64,000 bases of DNA from Takakia lepidozioides (lineage: Eukaryota > Plantae > Bryophyta): NCBI GenBank assembly GCA_030704615.1, contig CM060732.1:56544001-56608000 (forward strand). Direction: 5' to 3'. A model generated the notes under the pieces. The model made no database searches, had not been told where the DNA came from, and saw only the letters and a list, made by a program, of their open reading frames with translations. Positions 47,251 through 58,821 of this stretch are shown one piece after another; position 1 is the stretch's first letter; each line of letters starts with the position of its first letter. The translations under genes and the position numbers were made by a program.

Positions 47251-47393
47251 GCCAGTTTCCTGATACAACTCATAAGAATATTTGCCTACCTTGCAAGTCC
47301 TGGCAACCACCGCTTCCCCAAGCGACTGATGGTATCTTCCGACAGCTCCGTGGTTGCCCGAGTCATGTTCAATTGTCAGGGTTTCGTGCACTT

Positions 47394-48454
47394 CTAGGCC
47401 ATGTGCCCGGGCTCTCCGCAATTGAAACACACTCCATCAAAGGTCGCCTTCTGTCCGCCATAAGCCGCTCCACCCGCTTTTCCTTTCAAAGCACCGGGTG
47501 CCGCCTTGACGTGTGAAGGCCCTCCCTTCGATTTCCACGTGCCATTGTTGCCGCGTGGCCTATCCCACTTCTTTTCCGGTCGGAAGGAGTCACCTTCCCG
47601 CCGGGTCTTCTTGTGGTTCAGCTCCGTACGGCCTTGTCTTTCACCCCTAGGGACATCTGAGAAACATTCAGCCCTCTCAATTGCCTCGTTCAAAGTCTTA
47701 GGTGGCTTCTCCTCCAACTTCCGCCTGGCCCATGGGGCCAGTCCCGCCACAAAGTTGAAGACCATTTCCGGTTCTGCCATGTCCGCGACTTCGAGCAAAA
47801 GCACATTGAAAGCCTGGACATATCCCCGAATGTCGTCTGTTTGCTTCAAATTCCTCATCTTGTCCCGGGCAAGCCAGGACGCGTTGAGGGGCACAAACTG
47901 TCTCTTCATCAATTCCTTGAACCCACTCCAGTTCAAGGTTTCCGGGCTTGGACCTCGGTCGTGAAGGCGTTTTTGCCACCATTGTTGAGCATAGCCCCTC
48001 AAATAGGTGGGAGCCACTTCCACCCGATCCTCGTCACTCAACTTGGCCGCCCGGAAGTACTGCTCTAGCTCCAAGAGCCAGGTGTTGAGTGCCTTCCGAT
48101 TTCGGACGCCCTCGAAGGTGTCGGGTTCCTTAGGCTTCACCTTAAACTTTGCCTTAGCGGAAGTGGCATTAGCCGCCTTCAACACGTTTTTCAACGTCCC
48201 GCCAAACTGCGCCAACAACCCTTCCCCAAAAAGTTGCCGGCATGGGAGACATCTGTTGGTCTGTCGGAGCTCTCAGGGATTCCTCGGGCTCTGACTCCTC
48301 GGATTCCTCCCGTTCTTGAGCGGCCTCGTTTTCAGAAACCTGCGTCGCTTCCTCAAATGGCCGCTTCGGTGACACGTCGCCCCCATCGGGCTCACCAGGA
48401 TCATCATCTTTTGGGCCATTCCGCTTTCGCTTTGGCTTGCCCGACCCCATGATG
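47394..48454 (-). pseudogene. gag: gag with CCHC zinc knuckle, frameshifted
   Basis: KPKEPDTFEG.R, LKQTDDIRGYV..F and CFNCGEPGH. Confidence 0.9.
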
Positions 48455-49219
48455 AGGCCAATCCCAAGGACGATCGCGTACTGAACTCTAAGCTCTGATA
48501 CCAAGTGTCGCGCACCTCACTTCGGTAAGCTCCCCTTCAAGTCATAGTTACTCGCTTTGATGCGCGCGCCTGACTCCCAACCTGGCCGCCGGGCCAACTT
48601 GGAGCTTCGGCTGCTCACCGGGACATAACGGTCCCCCTTCGCTCTCCCACTAAACCCTCCACCTATTTGGGCCTAGTGGAATTCCCTTTGGTAGATGGCA
48701 GTCCGGAACAACTCCCCACTCTTTGGTCGCTTTCCGGCTCGCTCGCTTACTCACTAGTTTTGGTCACCAACGGGCTTGCACCGTTCTCGGGGTCACTACT
48801 CCCCTTATATATACTTCTGTAGCTGTCCGCGGGGGTTTCACAACCAGCCATGCCATTTTATGGCGAACCACCACGAAAACCCTCGACTCCCGGTGGTGAG
48901 TCTTGGCCCACTCACCACGGCCCCATTGGGCCGTGATGAGTCCCAAGACTCCCACGACTCCCACCACGAGGTCTCCACCCCATGGTGAGTCCTATGCCAC
49001 CCCTACTAAGTCCCGCTAAGCTACCACCACCCCTTGTGGAGCCACCCCCACCGCAACCCGGTGTGCGGGGCTCCGCCTAGTGAGCGCCTCTGCCTCCTTG
49101 AGTGCCTTGGGCACTCAAGGGTGCTTCAGCCCCTGTACCTATCGCTGCTACTGCCCCCACCACAGGGGCAGCCCCTTCTGTGTCCCGACCCCTTGCCCTC
49201 AAGGCAAAGGGCCGCGACA

Positions 49220-52200
49220 GTACTCCTGGATAAATTGCCACTCCCTTGATTCAGCTACGTTTTGTTGCACATTATGTTCATTGCTCCTGTTATATAGACT
49301 GGTGATTGGCATAGATTGACCGGTGATTAACTGGTGATTGACATAGATTGAACACATGCAGATTTTCATAATTTGAGCATTGCAGCGTTGTGGCAGCACT
49401 TTAAGTTTTGGAACGTAGCAACGAGTGGCATTTGCGAGCTTCAATACTGTGTGGATAAAGTATTGCCGCCAAATTACAAGGGGGGCTACCAACAGGGAGT
49501 GCAAAAGCCTCATCAAGCTTTGAGCGTGACAGTTAACGTGGATTAATTTTATATAGCTTTTCAGTATTTGAGCAGTGCTATGTTCTGGCATCACTGTAAG
49601 TATTTGATCATGGCAGAAGGTGACATTTGTGAGCTTTAATATTGTCGGGGTAGAGCACCGCCACCGAGTTACATAGGAGGCTGACAGCAGGGGGTGCAGT
49701 ACTCTGTTCACGCTTTGGGCATAGTAGTGATTAGTCATAGCGGGGTGATGCACATATTCCCATAGCCAGAAATCTTCACATCTCTTCATATGTCTATGTT
49801 TGGAGTTGGGATTTATACTCGCGTAGTGGGCATAATACAGTAGCATTATCGTGCATTGTGGCAGCATATTAAGTATTTGGGGGAGTTTCACCAAGACTGG
49901 AGAAGCAAGTTTGTTCCTATGCAAAGGTCCTGAGTGCACATTTATGTCCCTCTGTCTTACTGCAACCAAATTCTGGGTTACTATTGTCTTAAGTTTTTGG
50001 TCGTAGCAGCAGTTAACGATTGTGGCTTTTGATATCGCGTGACTATAACACGAAGTTCTATTTTCGGTTGGCATGAACAACAACGGATGTACTGGGATTT
50101 TCAGATCTTGAGCAATGGATTGTTGTACTATCTTTGTTGTGGCGTCTTGTGGCCTATGGCAGGTTATCTGGCATACGTTTCTGGTAATAATGGAGACTTT
50201 TTCAGCATTTGTGGGCGGTAGTGCATTGTGTTGCCCGAGTGTCCGTGTCATTTTCTCAGATAGTGCATCTGGTTTCTGGGTTGGCTCATGAATACAACGC
50301 ATAATGTGAGCTCCTGCCATTACTCTTATTTGTTGGTTGTTTGTTGTAGGCGTTTGTTTCTTGGCGGGGAGCTCAATTTGCTGGCGTGCCTCTGTTACTT
50401 GGTCCTGGATTGCAACACACATTACAGTTAGTAATAGGCTTGAGTAGTGCACATTGAAGGCAACAGAGATAATTGTCATCTGTGGCATGGGCCCTTTCTT
50501 GTAGCATATCCTCTGGTTATCTTCTTTGATGATACTGATAGAGTCCCCGATCCAAGCCCGTTCTAAGGCTTCAGATGGTTGTGTTTTACCATAGTTGGTG
50601 ATTGTATTCGGCCACCGGGCCCAGAAGAGTCCTACCAGTGTGCTTCTATTATCTCTTAGTGATTTAATGCTTATGACTGTAAGGCAGTCCACCGAGAGCA
50701 AGCCTCTATATTCAGTGCCTTGGTGTCTACTTAGAGCCCCTCCACACAGCACAAAGGTTACCAGTTTAGTAAAAGCTTGTTGCACGGGCAGGATGGTTGC
50801 TAGGCTCCTTGGTATATCCAAGTAGCCATTAAAATAGACAGTTGATATGTGTTGGCATTCCCTCTAGAGTTGACGACGGTAATGAGCAATTGCATTCTAG
50901 TGCTACCAAGCTGGGTAGTGAACTTAGCTGGGGCAGAGTTGAGTGCTGCGAGTGTGCCCTTCAGTATTCCGCGTTCAGCAGGCGACATGCGCTCCTCTTA
51001 TGTGTGATTTTGTGCTGCCAGTGTGCTCCTTGGCGTTTTCCCATTTATTATGACTTTGTGCTCAGCATGCAGCCATCTCTTGTTTTCCAGGAAACATATG
51101 TCTTCGTCCATGTTTTCTCCTGCTGTTAAGCCTGGTGGTGGTGCACTCATCTTCCATAGCTTTGATTGCATGTCGGGTCTGTACCAGCCTGTGAGCGTCT
51201 TTTGGTTATTCTCTGCAATTAGCCAGTTTGCATTAGTGTTTTTGCTATGCATAATTGGTACACTGACTAGTGCATGGTTGGTTCCGCAACATAGGTTTCC
51301 ACAGGGCTGGATCCTAGTTTTCTTGTTAGGTGGTTTGAATCGCTCTTGTCTGTCATCTTGTCCATAGGTGTAGCAAATTTGAGTGTTGCTACTTGGGCAT
51401 GAGAGTAAAATTAATGGTGTTCGAGTCAGGACTTTAGAGTAGAGTATCTTTCTTTTGATTGATTGATAAGGTGTTAGTTTCAGGGCCTCGCTGTGCATGT
51501 GTAGATCGATGTTGAGATGAGGGAGTCTTGTTATTGTAGAAAGAGAGAGTGTCATCTTAAAGAGTGTAGCTGCGTTCTTGTAGGGACTATTCATATCAAC
51601 ATGCCAGAACTTGTCATTAATGTAGGTTTTGAGCTTATCTGTATTTTGTTTGTGGATTTGCCTTTGCTCGTTGTCGGTGTGTACCGAGGCCTCGCCATTT
51701 CCCGTAGTGCTGGCTGCCTTGTCCCACTCAACCTCAATTGGCAGACCTGGCTTTCCGACACTCACTGGCCTTCCCACAGTGCTCTTTCTTATCGTCTTCT
51801 CCATCACGTTCCAAGGAATATCAGCACCTACGCTCCTCTTGGGGCTGCTAACTACACAACCTGCTCCAACCATATGCAAGTGCTTGTCCTCGTTCTGAGT
51901 CGCCTCCCTCTCGTTGGGCCTTATTAAATGCAGCTGCCGACCAGGCTTAGTATCGCATGACATTGTCAATAGCAGCAGAAAGAATAGCGAGAGAGCTTTC
52001 TTGTTTCCTTCTTTATACTTTCTACCCTGCGTCCTTCTTTGTTTTGTACGTGACCTCCGCCCGTATGCAAATTGGGTTGTTGTCTGTCTTTGCTTGACAA
52101 TACGCAACTTCGTAACCTTGTCGCCTACTCCACTATCTGATGGGAGCTGAGCCTTGTGCTTCCTTCGATCAGAACATTGCGCTACTCTCACGTATACTGC

Positions 52201-52584
52201 CCCTGGTTTCCATTCTTGTTGTCTCAAACGCCTCAGCCTGCGGTTCTTCCGTTTGGCTTTGTGGTGTTTCTGTTGACCTAGCCATTGGCTGTTGGCTCTG
52301 CGGCCATCATGGGGTTTGCCGCGTTTAGCTCTAGCTTCTGGCCTTAGCACGCCCAGCCATGGCGATAAGGCGTGTAGTGCACAACTTTCTTCATCAATTA
52401 AATTCGCTTGCATTTGACCCTGTGTGTTCCTGCTATTTCCCTGGAAACGCTCATCAGCAGCGCCTCCATCCTCTGCACCTTTCGCATACACTCCGTTGTT
52501 TAGAAGTACAATGGCGCTGATTCTATATCTTGACCTCTCTCTCAGGGAGTAGTCGCTGCAGGTTCTGCCACTCTGTTTAGCCAT
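49220..52584 (-). mobile_element. Unclassified element with long ORFs (528 aa at 50998-52584; ~530 aa at 49220-50821) containing a degenerate ~62-aa repeat
   Basis: Long same-strand ORFs. Sequence continues at 42426-41333 and 9116-7912 once the TSD-bounded insertions are removed. Confidence 0.45.
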
Positions 52585-53687
52585 AACTAAGATATTGGGT
52601 TGTCTAAGAAATAATCAAGAAGCCTACTACTTTGCAGTTCTTGATAGTGGTTGGCCTAACTTAGCTATCTAGCGGGTGCATTAGAGAAGAAGTTGAAATG
52701 GCTAAGTCCTACACAGCTACGGCGTCAGCATTTCTTGGAGCCCTCGTGTAGCGCTATTCCTTCGTCTCCACCGCCAACCAAGTCCTGGTGTGGAGAAAAG
52801 TATCCTCCGCTCAGTTCAAGAAGGCGAGTCTTAGACATTTCCAGGAGATTGTGCAGAAGCGAGGCAACCCAGTGACTTCACAGCCAGATCATCATACGGA
52901 AGCCGAGATTCAAAAGAAAAAGAAGCGGGCCAATCTTCTTCACTGCCACGGTAAACAATTCGATCATTCCTATCGTCAAGAAACATAGCACTGACCCTGC
53001 TTCTTTGTGGTTGAGGCTGAAGAAGAAGTTTGAGTCTGCTGCGATCCAGAGGAGGCTAGAGCTTAAGTATGCACTCATTGAAACCAAGATGACGGAAGGA
53101 ATGTCAGTCGAAGACTACTTGAAAAAAGTAGACAAACTTGTAATGGAGCTAGGGAGCATCGATGAAGAAGCTTCTGAGCATGAACTAACCCAAAACAATT
53201 CTTCGAAACTTACCTCCCAGTTGGAATTCGTTTGTGTCAGTGTATGGCATCTTGTATGGAAAAGATCCGGACACTTCTTTTGCAGATTTGGAGGAATATT
53301 TCCAGGCCGAAGAGTTTTGCCAAAAAGCTCACGACACCAATGAGCAATCCTTAGTGGCTGCTGTCCCGGTCAGAGCAATGACCCTGCTGGTACGGGACGT
53401 GGCCGAGGTCCTCCGAGCAACTTTAGTCAAGACCGAAGGAACCAGACTTGCAACTACTACCACAAGAAAGGGCACTGGGAGGCCGACTTCGGAGATCAAG
53501 AACATGTCGGTGACTCAACTCCAAGAGCTCCAGCAAAAGATTCAAGACATCAAGCAGTTTGGATAGCAGGCTTACATGGCCGAAGGAGGTGACTTGGGCG
53601 ACGGTCCTCTTGAGCATGACAATGACGGCAGTAAGGCAACCGACTTTACTATCGAAGTGTCAAGTTAAATAAGCACAGTGTGAAAAC

Positions 53688-53773
53688 AACTAGAATAAAG
53701 CTAGTTATTTGTATTTAACACTTGGATTTAGGTCAAGTGTTAAATCAGGTGTCAAGTTTAGTTTGACACCTGA
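53688..53773 (+). other. Three consecutive hairpins in the 5' terminal module (also 7796-7881 on the minus strand)
   Basis: AACTAG/CTAGTT, ATTTAACACTTG/CAAGTGTTAAAT (12 bp) and TCAGGTGTCAA/TTGACACCTGA (11 bp); identical in both copies. Confidence 0.85.
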
Positions 53774-54219
53774 ACAGCCTTATCTTCACGAGAGCGGCGG
53801 TCGCGTGGCTCATCTCTCTCGAGTTGAGCCTGCGCAACCGAGCTCCTTCATCGCTTCAGATATGAGTGTGCTTATGATGGGAGTGTAGGTTGTTGTGGGG
53901 TGGAGTCCCCATAGCTTGGGGTGCCCCTGGCTCGACTTCTGTTTTAACGAGTGATGCTGTTGGATTCATGTTGTTTCTTGTGTGAACAGTGTGTTCTTAG
54001 CTTTGTTTATCACTCGAGAGAGATCAGTTTGCATCTGTGAGTGCAAGATGTGAGCTTAATTAGTTTTTAGCACTTGTGGATTTTGTGTGAAGATGAGAGA
54101 GAAACACGAGGGTGCAATGGCAAGTTAGGCTTCTGTGTGTTGAAAGCGGTAACACAAAAGTGCATGGGTATTCTCCCTTTATAACGGTCACTGGCTGAGC
54201 GGCAGATTGAGAGCCGAGC

Positions 54220-55689
54220 ATGGTGCCACCTTCACCGCCACCCTCAATTACTGTAGAGTCAGACACAGACTCGGAGGCTTCATCAACAGGTGTGCACTTT
54301 CATTCGCCATTGTTGTGGGACGACATGGAGGAGATGTATGGAGCTACCAAGGGGGAGGAGAGTGCGGGTATTGCACCAGGACCACCTCAGTTGTCACCAT
54401 TGGATACCACACCTATTGTGTGGCAGTATCCAAATGAAGGCATTTGCCTCCTGGACTTGTTTGGCGGGATCAGCACCGGATTGGCTGTTGTGCTACAGGC
54501 AGGTGTGCAAGTAAGGTGTTACCTGTATGTGGAGAGGGATGAGACTGCACGACGCGTCTCACTGCGCTATGTTGCTCAGTTGGTACAGCAGTACCCTGCT
54601 TTGTTGCCAGTGTCTGCAGTTCGTGGATACCAACAAGCCTTGCCAGCAGACATTTCGTTGCTGGGGGCGCCGGATTTGGAGCAGGTTGGCTCCATTGATC
54701 TGGTAGTGGCAGGTTGGCCCTGCCAAGGGCATTCATCAGCCGGGCATGGCAATGGATTGCGAGACTCAAGGACGGGTCTGTTTTGGGAGATGGTACGGGT
54801 TTTGCGCCACTTGCAGCTTCATCAAGCTGTATCTCCAGCATACATCTTGGAGAATGTGCCACTGATGGGTGATTCTCGGGCCAGGGTGATGGCCAGTGTG
54901 CATCAAGTCCGGTCGTGGCTTGGGTCAACAGCGTTGCTGGATGCAGCTGCAGTGGGGTCACGGGCTCATCGTCCACGGCTTTGGTGGACTAACTTGATGC
55001 CACCCGCACTGCTCAAGCGTGCATTTGATGGGGTGCAGCGGTCAGCCCACCTCACCGTGGATGGCATTTTGGACACAGGGAGGCACTCTCAACGTGTGAG
55101 ACACGATGACCGTTTGCCTTTGGCAGTGGTCAACAGGGTGGGTCAACCACGAGCAACATTACCTACACTGCTCAGCTTCCCAGGATCCCATGCTTTTTGG
55201 GATGGTGGACCTGGCCTCCTGTGGGATGCCCAGTTGCAGCAGTTAGTGGAGCCTAATGCCAACGAGCGAGAGCGGGCTATGGGGTTTTCCACTGGGACCA
55301 CGGCGGTGCCTTCTCTTTCTGAGGCATCACGTCGTCAGGTGTTGGGGCAAGCAATGGATCTCAATTGCTTGACCTGGATTATCAGCTTGGCTATGGCTGA
55401 GCAACGTAGAGTGCGGAGTGCACTTCCCTTGACGGTCTCTCTGCCTACCGAGACGGTACAGGCAGCGAGTGGGGGCGAGTCGGTGAGGACCACGGGGTGT
55501 AGACATCCATGGCACACGTGGGAGGTGCTCGAGGTTCAGAGGGAGTTGGCAGCCAAAGCAGTTGTGATGGATGAGGTTGGGGATTCTTCTTGGGATGAGG
55601 AGGTTCTCAATGATGAGATGATGGGGCAGGATGAGGCCTTGTCATTGACTGAGCAGGAAGGAAGTACTGCTCAAGAGGTTGCAGCATAG
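54220..55689 (+). CDS. DNMT3-like DNA (cytosine-5) methyltransferase, 489 aa, intact motifs I-X
   Basis: I LLDLFGGI; II YVERD; III ADI; IV IDLVVAGWPCQGHS; VI YILENV; VIII AHRPRLWWTNL; IX ERERAMGF; X RRQVLGQAM. Canonical, non-DRM-permuted order. Confidence 0.93.
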   Translation: MVPPSPPPSITVESDTDSEASSTGVHFHSPLLWDDMEEMYGATKGEESAGIAPGPPQLSPLDTTPIVWQYPNEGICLLDLFGGISTGLAVVLQAGVQVRCYLYVERDETARRVSLRYVAQLVQQYPALLPVSAVRGYQQALPADISLLGAPDLEQVGSIDLVVAGWPCQGHSSAGHGNGLRDSRTGLFWEMVRVLRHLQLHQAVSPAYILENVPLMGDSRARVMASVHQVRSWLGSTALLDAAAVGSRAHRPRLWWTNLMPPALLKRAFDGVQRSAHLTVDGILDTGRHSQRVRHDDRLPLAVVNRVGQPRATLPTLLSFPGSHAFWDGGPGLLWDAQLQQLVEPNANERERAMGFSTGTTAVPSLSEASRRQVLGQAMDLNCLTWIISLAMAEQRRVRSALPLTVSLPTETVQAASGGESVRTTGCRHPWHTWEVLEVQRELAAKAVVMDEVGDSSWDEEVLNDEMMGQDEALSLTEQEGSTAQEVAA

Positions 55690-57258
55690 CAACCACGGGA
55701 CGCGTCCTCTACCCTTAAGCCCACTGGACTTAAGGTTGCAGTTACGGAGGACAATTGGGAGCCTGACATTGGACCCATTGTCACCGGAGGAGAGAGACGA
55801 CGTATACGGCGGTTCCTGAGGGCTTACAGGAATTGCTTTGCCTTTAGTTTGAAGGACTTGGGAGCACTGAAGGGTCAAGAGATCCGTATTGAGTTGGCCA
55901 CTGACACGCCAATCTTTCGGAGACCCTATAGATACAGTGACATGGAGAGGTCTTTGATTCAGATGAGGACTCAAGATCTCTGGGAGGCAGGTTTGGTGGA
56001 GCTCTCTGGTGGAGAGTATGCTTCAGCCACAGTGATGCCAACCAAGAAGGATGTCTATGGCAATTGGACGGAGAGACGTATGTGCGGTGATTACGGGCCT
56101 GTAAATCGTCAGACCAAGTCCGATAGGTATGCCATGCCGACACCAGAGGAGATCTTTGATGCCATTGGGCATTCCATGGTCTTTAGCACGTTGGATTTAC
56201 GATCCGGATATCACCAGTTGCCGATCAAGGAGGCGGATAAGCAAAAGACGGCATTCTGGGGGATCAATGAGCACGGGACGGATTGCCTATACCAGTGGCG
56301 GTTCTTACCATTTGGGCTTAAAAACGCTCCCGCTGAGTTTCAAAGAGTCATGGATAGGATTCTAGCAGGGGTGGAGTTTGTTCGGTGCTACATAGATGAC
56401 ATCATCATCTTTAGTGCTACGGTGGAGGAGCATGAGAGACACCTTCAGGGGGTATTTGAGCGCTTGAGGACGCACGGATTGAAGTTACATCCGGGCAAGT
56501 GCAAGTTTTTCCACAACCAGATTGAGTATCTGGGTCACATGATATATCCTGGAGGATTGGGGGTACAGCAGACTAAGGTAGAGTCCATTGCACAGGTTCC
56601 ACGCCCCACGGATGTGAGCCGAGTTCGAGCTTTCATGGGGTTAGCAAACTATTATAGACGGTTTGTTAAGGGATTTAGTGCCATTGCAAAGGCTCTAACC
56701 AAGCTGACCAAGGTGGACCAGGAGTGGCAGTGGGAAGATGAGCAAGAACAAGCTTTTCAAGAGCTCAAGGCGAGGTTGACCTCGGCGCCCATCTTGAGAC
56801 GACCTATCAGGGGGCGTCCTTTCCAGCTGCATACAGATTGGAGCATGCTGGGGCTTGGAGCGGTGCTCACACAGGTGGATGATGAGGGAAGAGAGTTCGT
56901 AGTGGCTTATGCTAGCCGCTCGAACAATGCTGCAGAGTCTAAGTATAGCTCATATGAGGGAGAATGCTTAGCTGCAGTGTGGGCCGTGACACACTTCAGG
57001 TGCTATCTATACGACAACCTCTTCACCCTTGTCACGGATCACCAACCACTCAAGTGGTTGATGGAGTCAGACAAGCTTACGGGGAAGCTTGCACGGTGGG
57101 CACTCATACTTCAAGAGTATGACTTTCAGGTGGTGCATCGACCGGGTTTGGTCAATCGCAATGCAGATGGGTTGAGTCGCAATCCATGCACGAGCCAGCA
57201 GGATGACACTGGAGCTCGGTGGCATGGTGAGACGGACGAGGAGATGGTGCCCGGATGA
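55690..57258 (+). CDS. pol: RT and RNase H, in frame with DNMT beyond a single TAG
   Basis: YIDD, LHTDWS and TDHQPLKWL. Ends at TGA 57256-57258, probably a TGG>TGA lesion since the frame continues. Confidence 0.92.
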   Translation, partial: QPRDASSTLKPTGLKVAVTEDNWEPDIGPIVTGGERRRIRRFLRAYRNCFAFSLKDLGALKGQEIRIELATDTPIFRRPYRYSDMERSLIQMRTQDLWEAGLVELSGGEYASATVMPTKKDVYGNWTERRMCGDYGPVNRQTKSDRYAMPTPEEIFDAIGHSMVFSTLDLRSGYHQLPIKEADKQKTAFWGINEHGTDCLYQWRFLPFGLKNAPAEFQRVMDRILAGVEFVRCYIDDIIIFSATVEEHERHLQGVFERLRTHGLKLHPGKCKFFHNQIEYLGHMIYPGGLGVQQTKVESIAQVPRPTDVSRVRAFMGLANYYRRFVKGFSAIAKALTKLTKVDQEWQWEDEQEQAFQELKARLTSAPILRRPIRGRPFQLHTDWSMLGLGAVLTQVDDEGREFVVAYASRSNNAAESKYSSYEGECLAAVWAVTHFRCYLYDNLFTLVTDHQPLKWLMESDKLTGKLARWALILQEYDFQVVHRPGLVNRNADGLSRNPCTSQQDDTGARWHGETDEEMVPG

Positions 57259-58821
57259 CATGCATCTGCATTTCTGTGTATCTTGGTAGCGGAAGGCCAG
57301 GTTGGACCTGCAACAGGGATGACTGTAGATCAAGTGTCTGAGGACCTTGAGGCCAGCAATGAGCAAGGTGGCGCCAAAGATATACATGAGGATTCAGTTG
57401 TGTTGGACTACCTCCGCACTGGAGACACTGCAGCCACTGTGACTGCCAAAGAGAGGGATCGGATCCTACAACGAGCCAAGAGGTTCAAGTGGGAGGGGAC
57501 ACACCTGCTCCGAGTGTGGGAGGATGGTCGAGTGAGGATTGTGCCTCACCCAACACAGCGGGCACGGTTAGTGCGGCATGCCCATGAGGAGTTGAGGCAT
57601 TTTGGGGTGCGACGCACTCATAGTCTACTGCAAGGGCAGTATTGGTGGCGTGGTATGCACACAGAGGTGCAACAATTTGTGGCTAGGTGCATGGTGTATG
57701 ACAGGGTGCGTGCTTTATTCAACGCCCCTACTCCACAATTGCACCCTCTTCCGATCATGGGATTGGGCTACAGGTGGAGTCTTGACTTCGCAGGGCCGTT
57801 GCCACTGGCCATGCGCCACAACAAGTACGTGTTGGTGATGGTGGAGCACTTCTCCAAGTGGATTGAATTGGTTCCATTGCCTGATAAGGCTAGTGAGGGA
57901 GCTGCGTATGCATTCTTGGATTGTGTGCTTAGCCGATTCGGTGCTCCAGCTGAGGTACTCACGCACCAAGGGAGAGAGTTCTTGGGGGAGTTTCAGGCTT
58001 TGTGTGACAAGGCCTTGATAGACCACCGCACCACTTCTCGGGATCATCCTGAGGCCGATGGCTTGGCAGAGAGAGTTGTTCAGACAGTAAAGAGGGGTTT
58101 GCGCAAGTATGGCTTGCAGAAGGGACACCTAGGAGATTGGGACCTTCAGTTACCCTGGTTAGCCATGGGCTACAGGTTCAGCAAGCAAGCATCACTTGCC
58201 TCCTTCTCACCATACTTTCTTCTCTTTGGCCGAGAGCCGGATTTGCCTACATCCATTCGCAGAGAAGCTGCTACAGTTCTTAACCTTGACGATCCGGACG
58301 TGTGGGCACGTGCATGTGAGCAGCGTGCAGAGTTGTTCAAGAGAGTCATGCCCATGGCTTTCGAGAACCTTGCCATTGCACAACACCGTGATACGTTGAG
58401 GTATGCTACCATACGTGGTGGGGGCTATCGTCCTGGGGTTCGGAGATTCAACCCTGGTGACTATGTCTATCTGCAGCAGACTCCTCCTACGACCCTGGAT
58501 GTGACTGCAGGACGTGTTATTTTGAGGGTTCGAGAGGTCTTGCCCTCAGGCGTCTTGGTCTTGGAGGGTCGGGATGGCATAACTTGGAAGGACCATGTGC
58601 GTAATTGTGCGCCATGTCACCTTCCGAATGTCGATGGCAGGATTGACCCAAACCTGGCAGTGGTATCTGCAGGTTTGAGGTGCATGTTGTGTGGGTCTGC
58701 TAAAGGGGCAGCCACCATGCTGGTGTGTGATCGATGCTCTAGAGGTTGGCATATGGGATGCTTGACTCCACCTCTTGAGATGGTTCCGGGGGATTGGTTA
58801 TGTCCACAATGCATTGGATAG
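57259..58821 (+). pseudogene. pol: Integrase with C-terminal PHD finger (likely inactive)
   Basis: SLDFAGP / LTHQGREF (second Asp changed to His) / GLAER. PHD C4HC3 CMLC...CDRC..GWHMGC...WLCPQC at 58681-58815. Confidence 0.92.

Larger units (their letters stand above)
42432..49219 (-). mobile_element. Ty3/Gypsy chromovirus (Galadriel/Tcn1-like), defective
   Basis: LTRs 42432-43152 and 48506-49219. TSD GTACT (42427-42431, 49220-49224). tRNA-iMet PBS TGGTATCAGAGC at 48492-48503. Order gag-PR-RT-RH-IN-chromodomain. Confidence 0.95.

Noticed and set aside
54200-54222. tRNA-Met PBS in the DNMT element (TGAGAGCCG)
   Set aside because: Only partial resemblance to TGGTATCAGAGCC and not adjacent to an identifiable LTR end.
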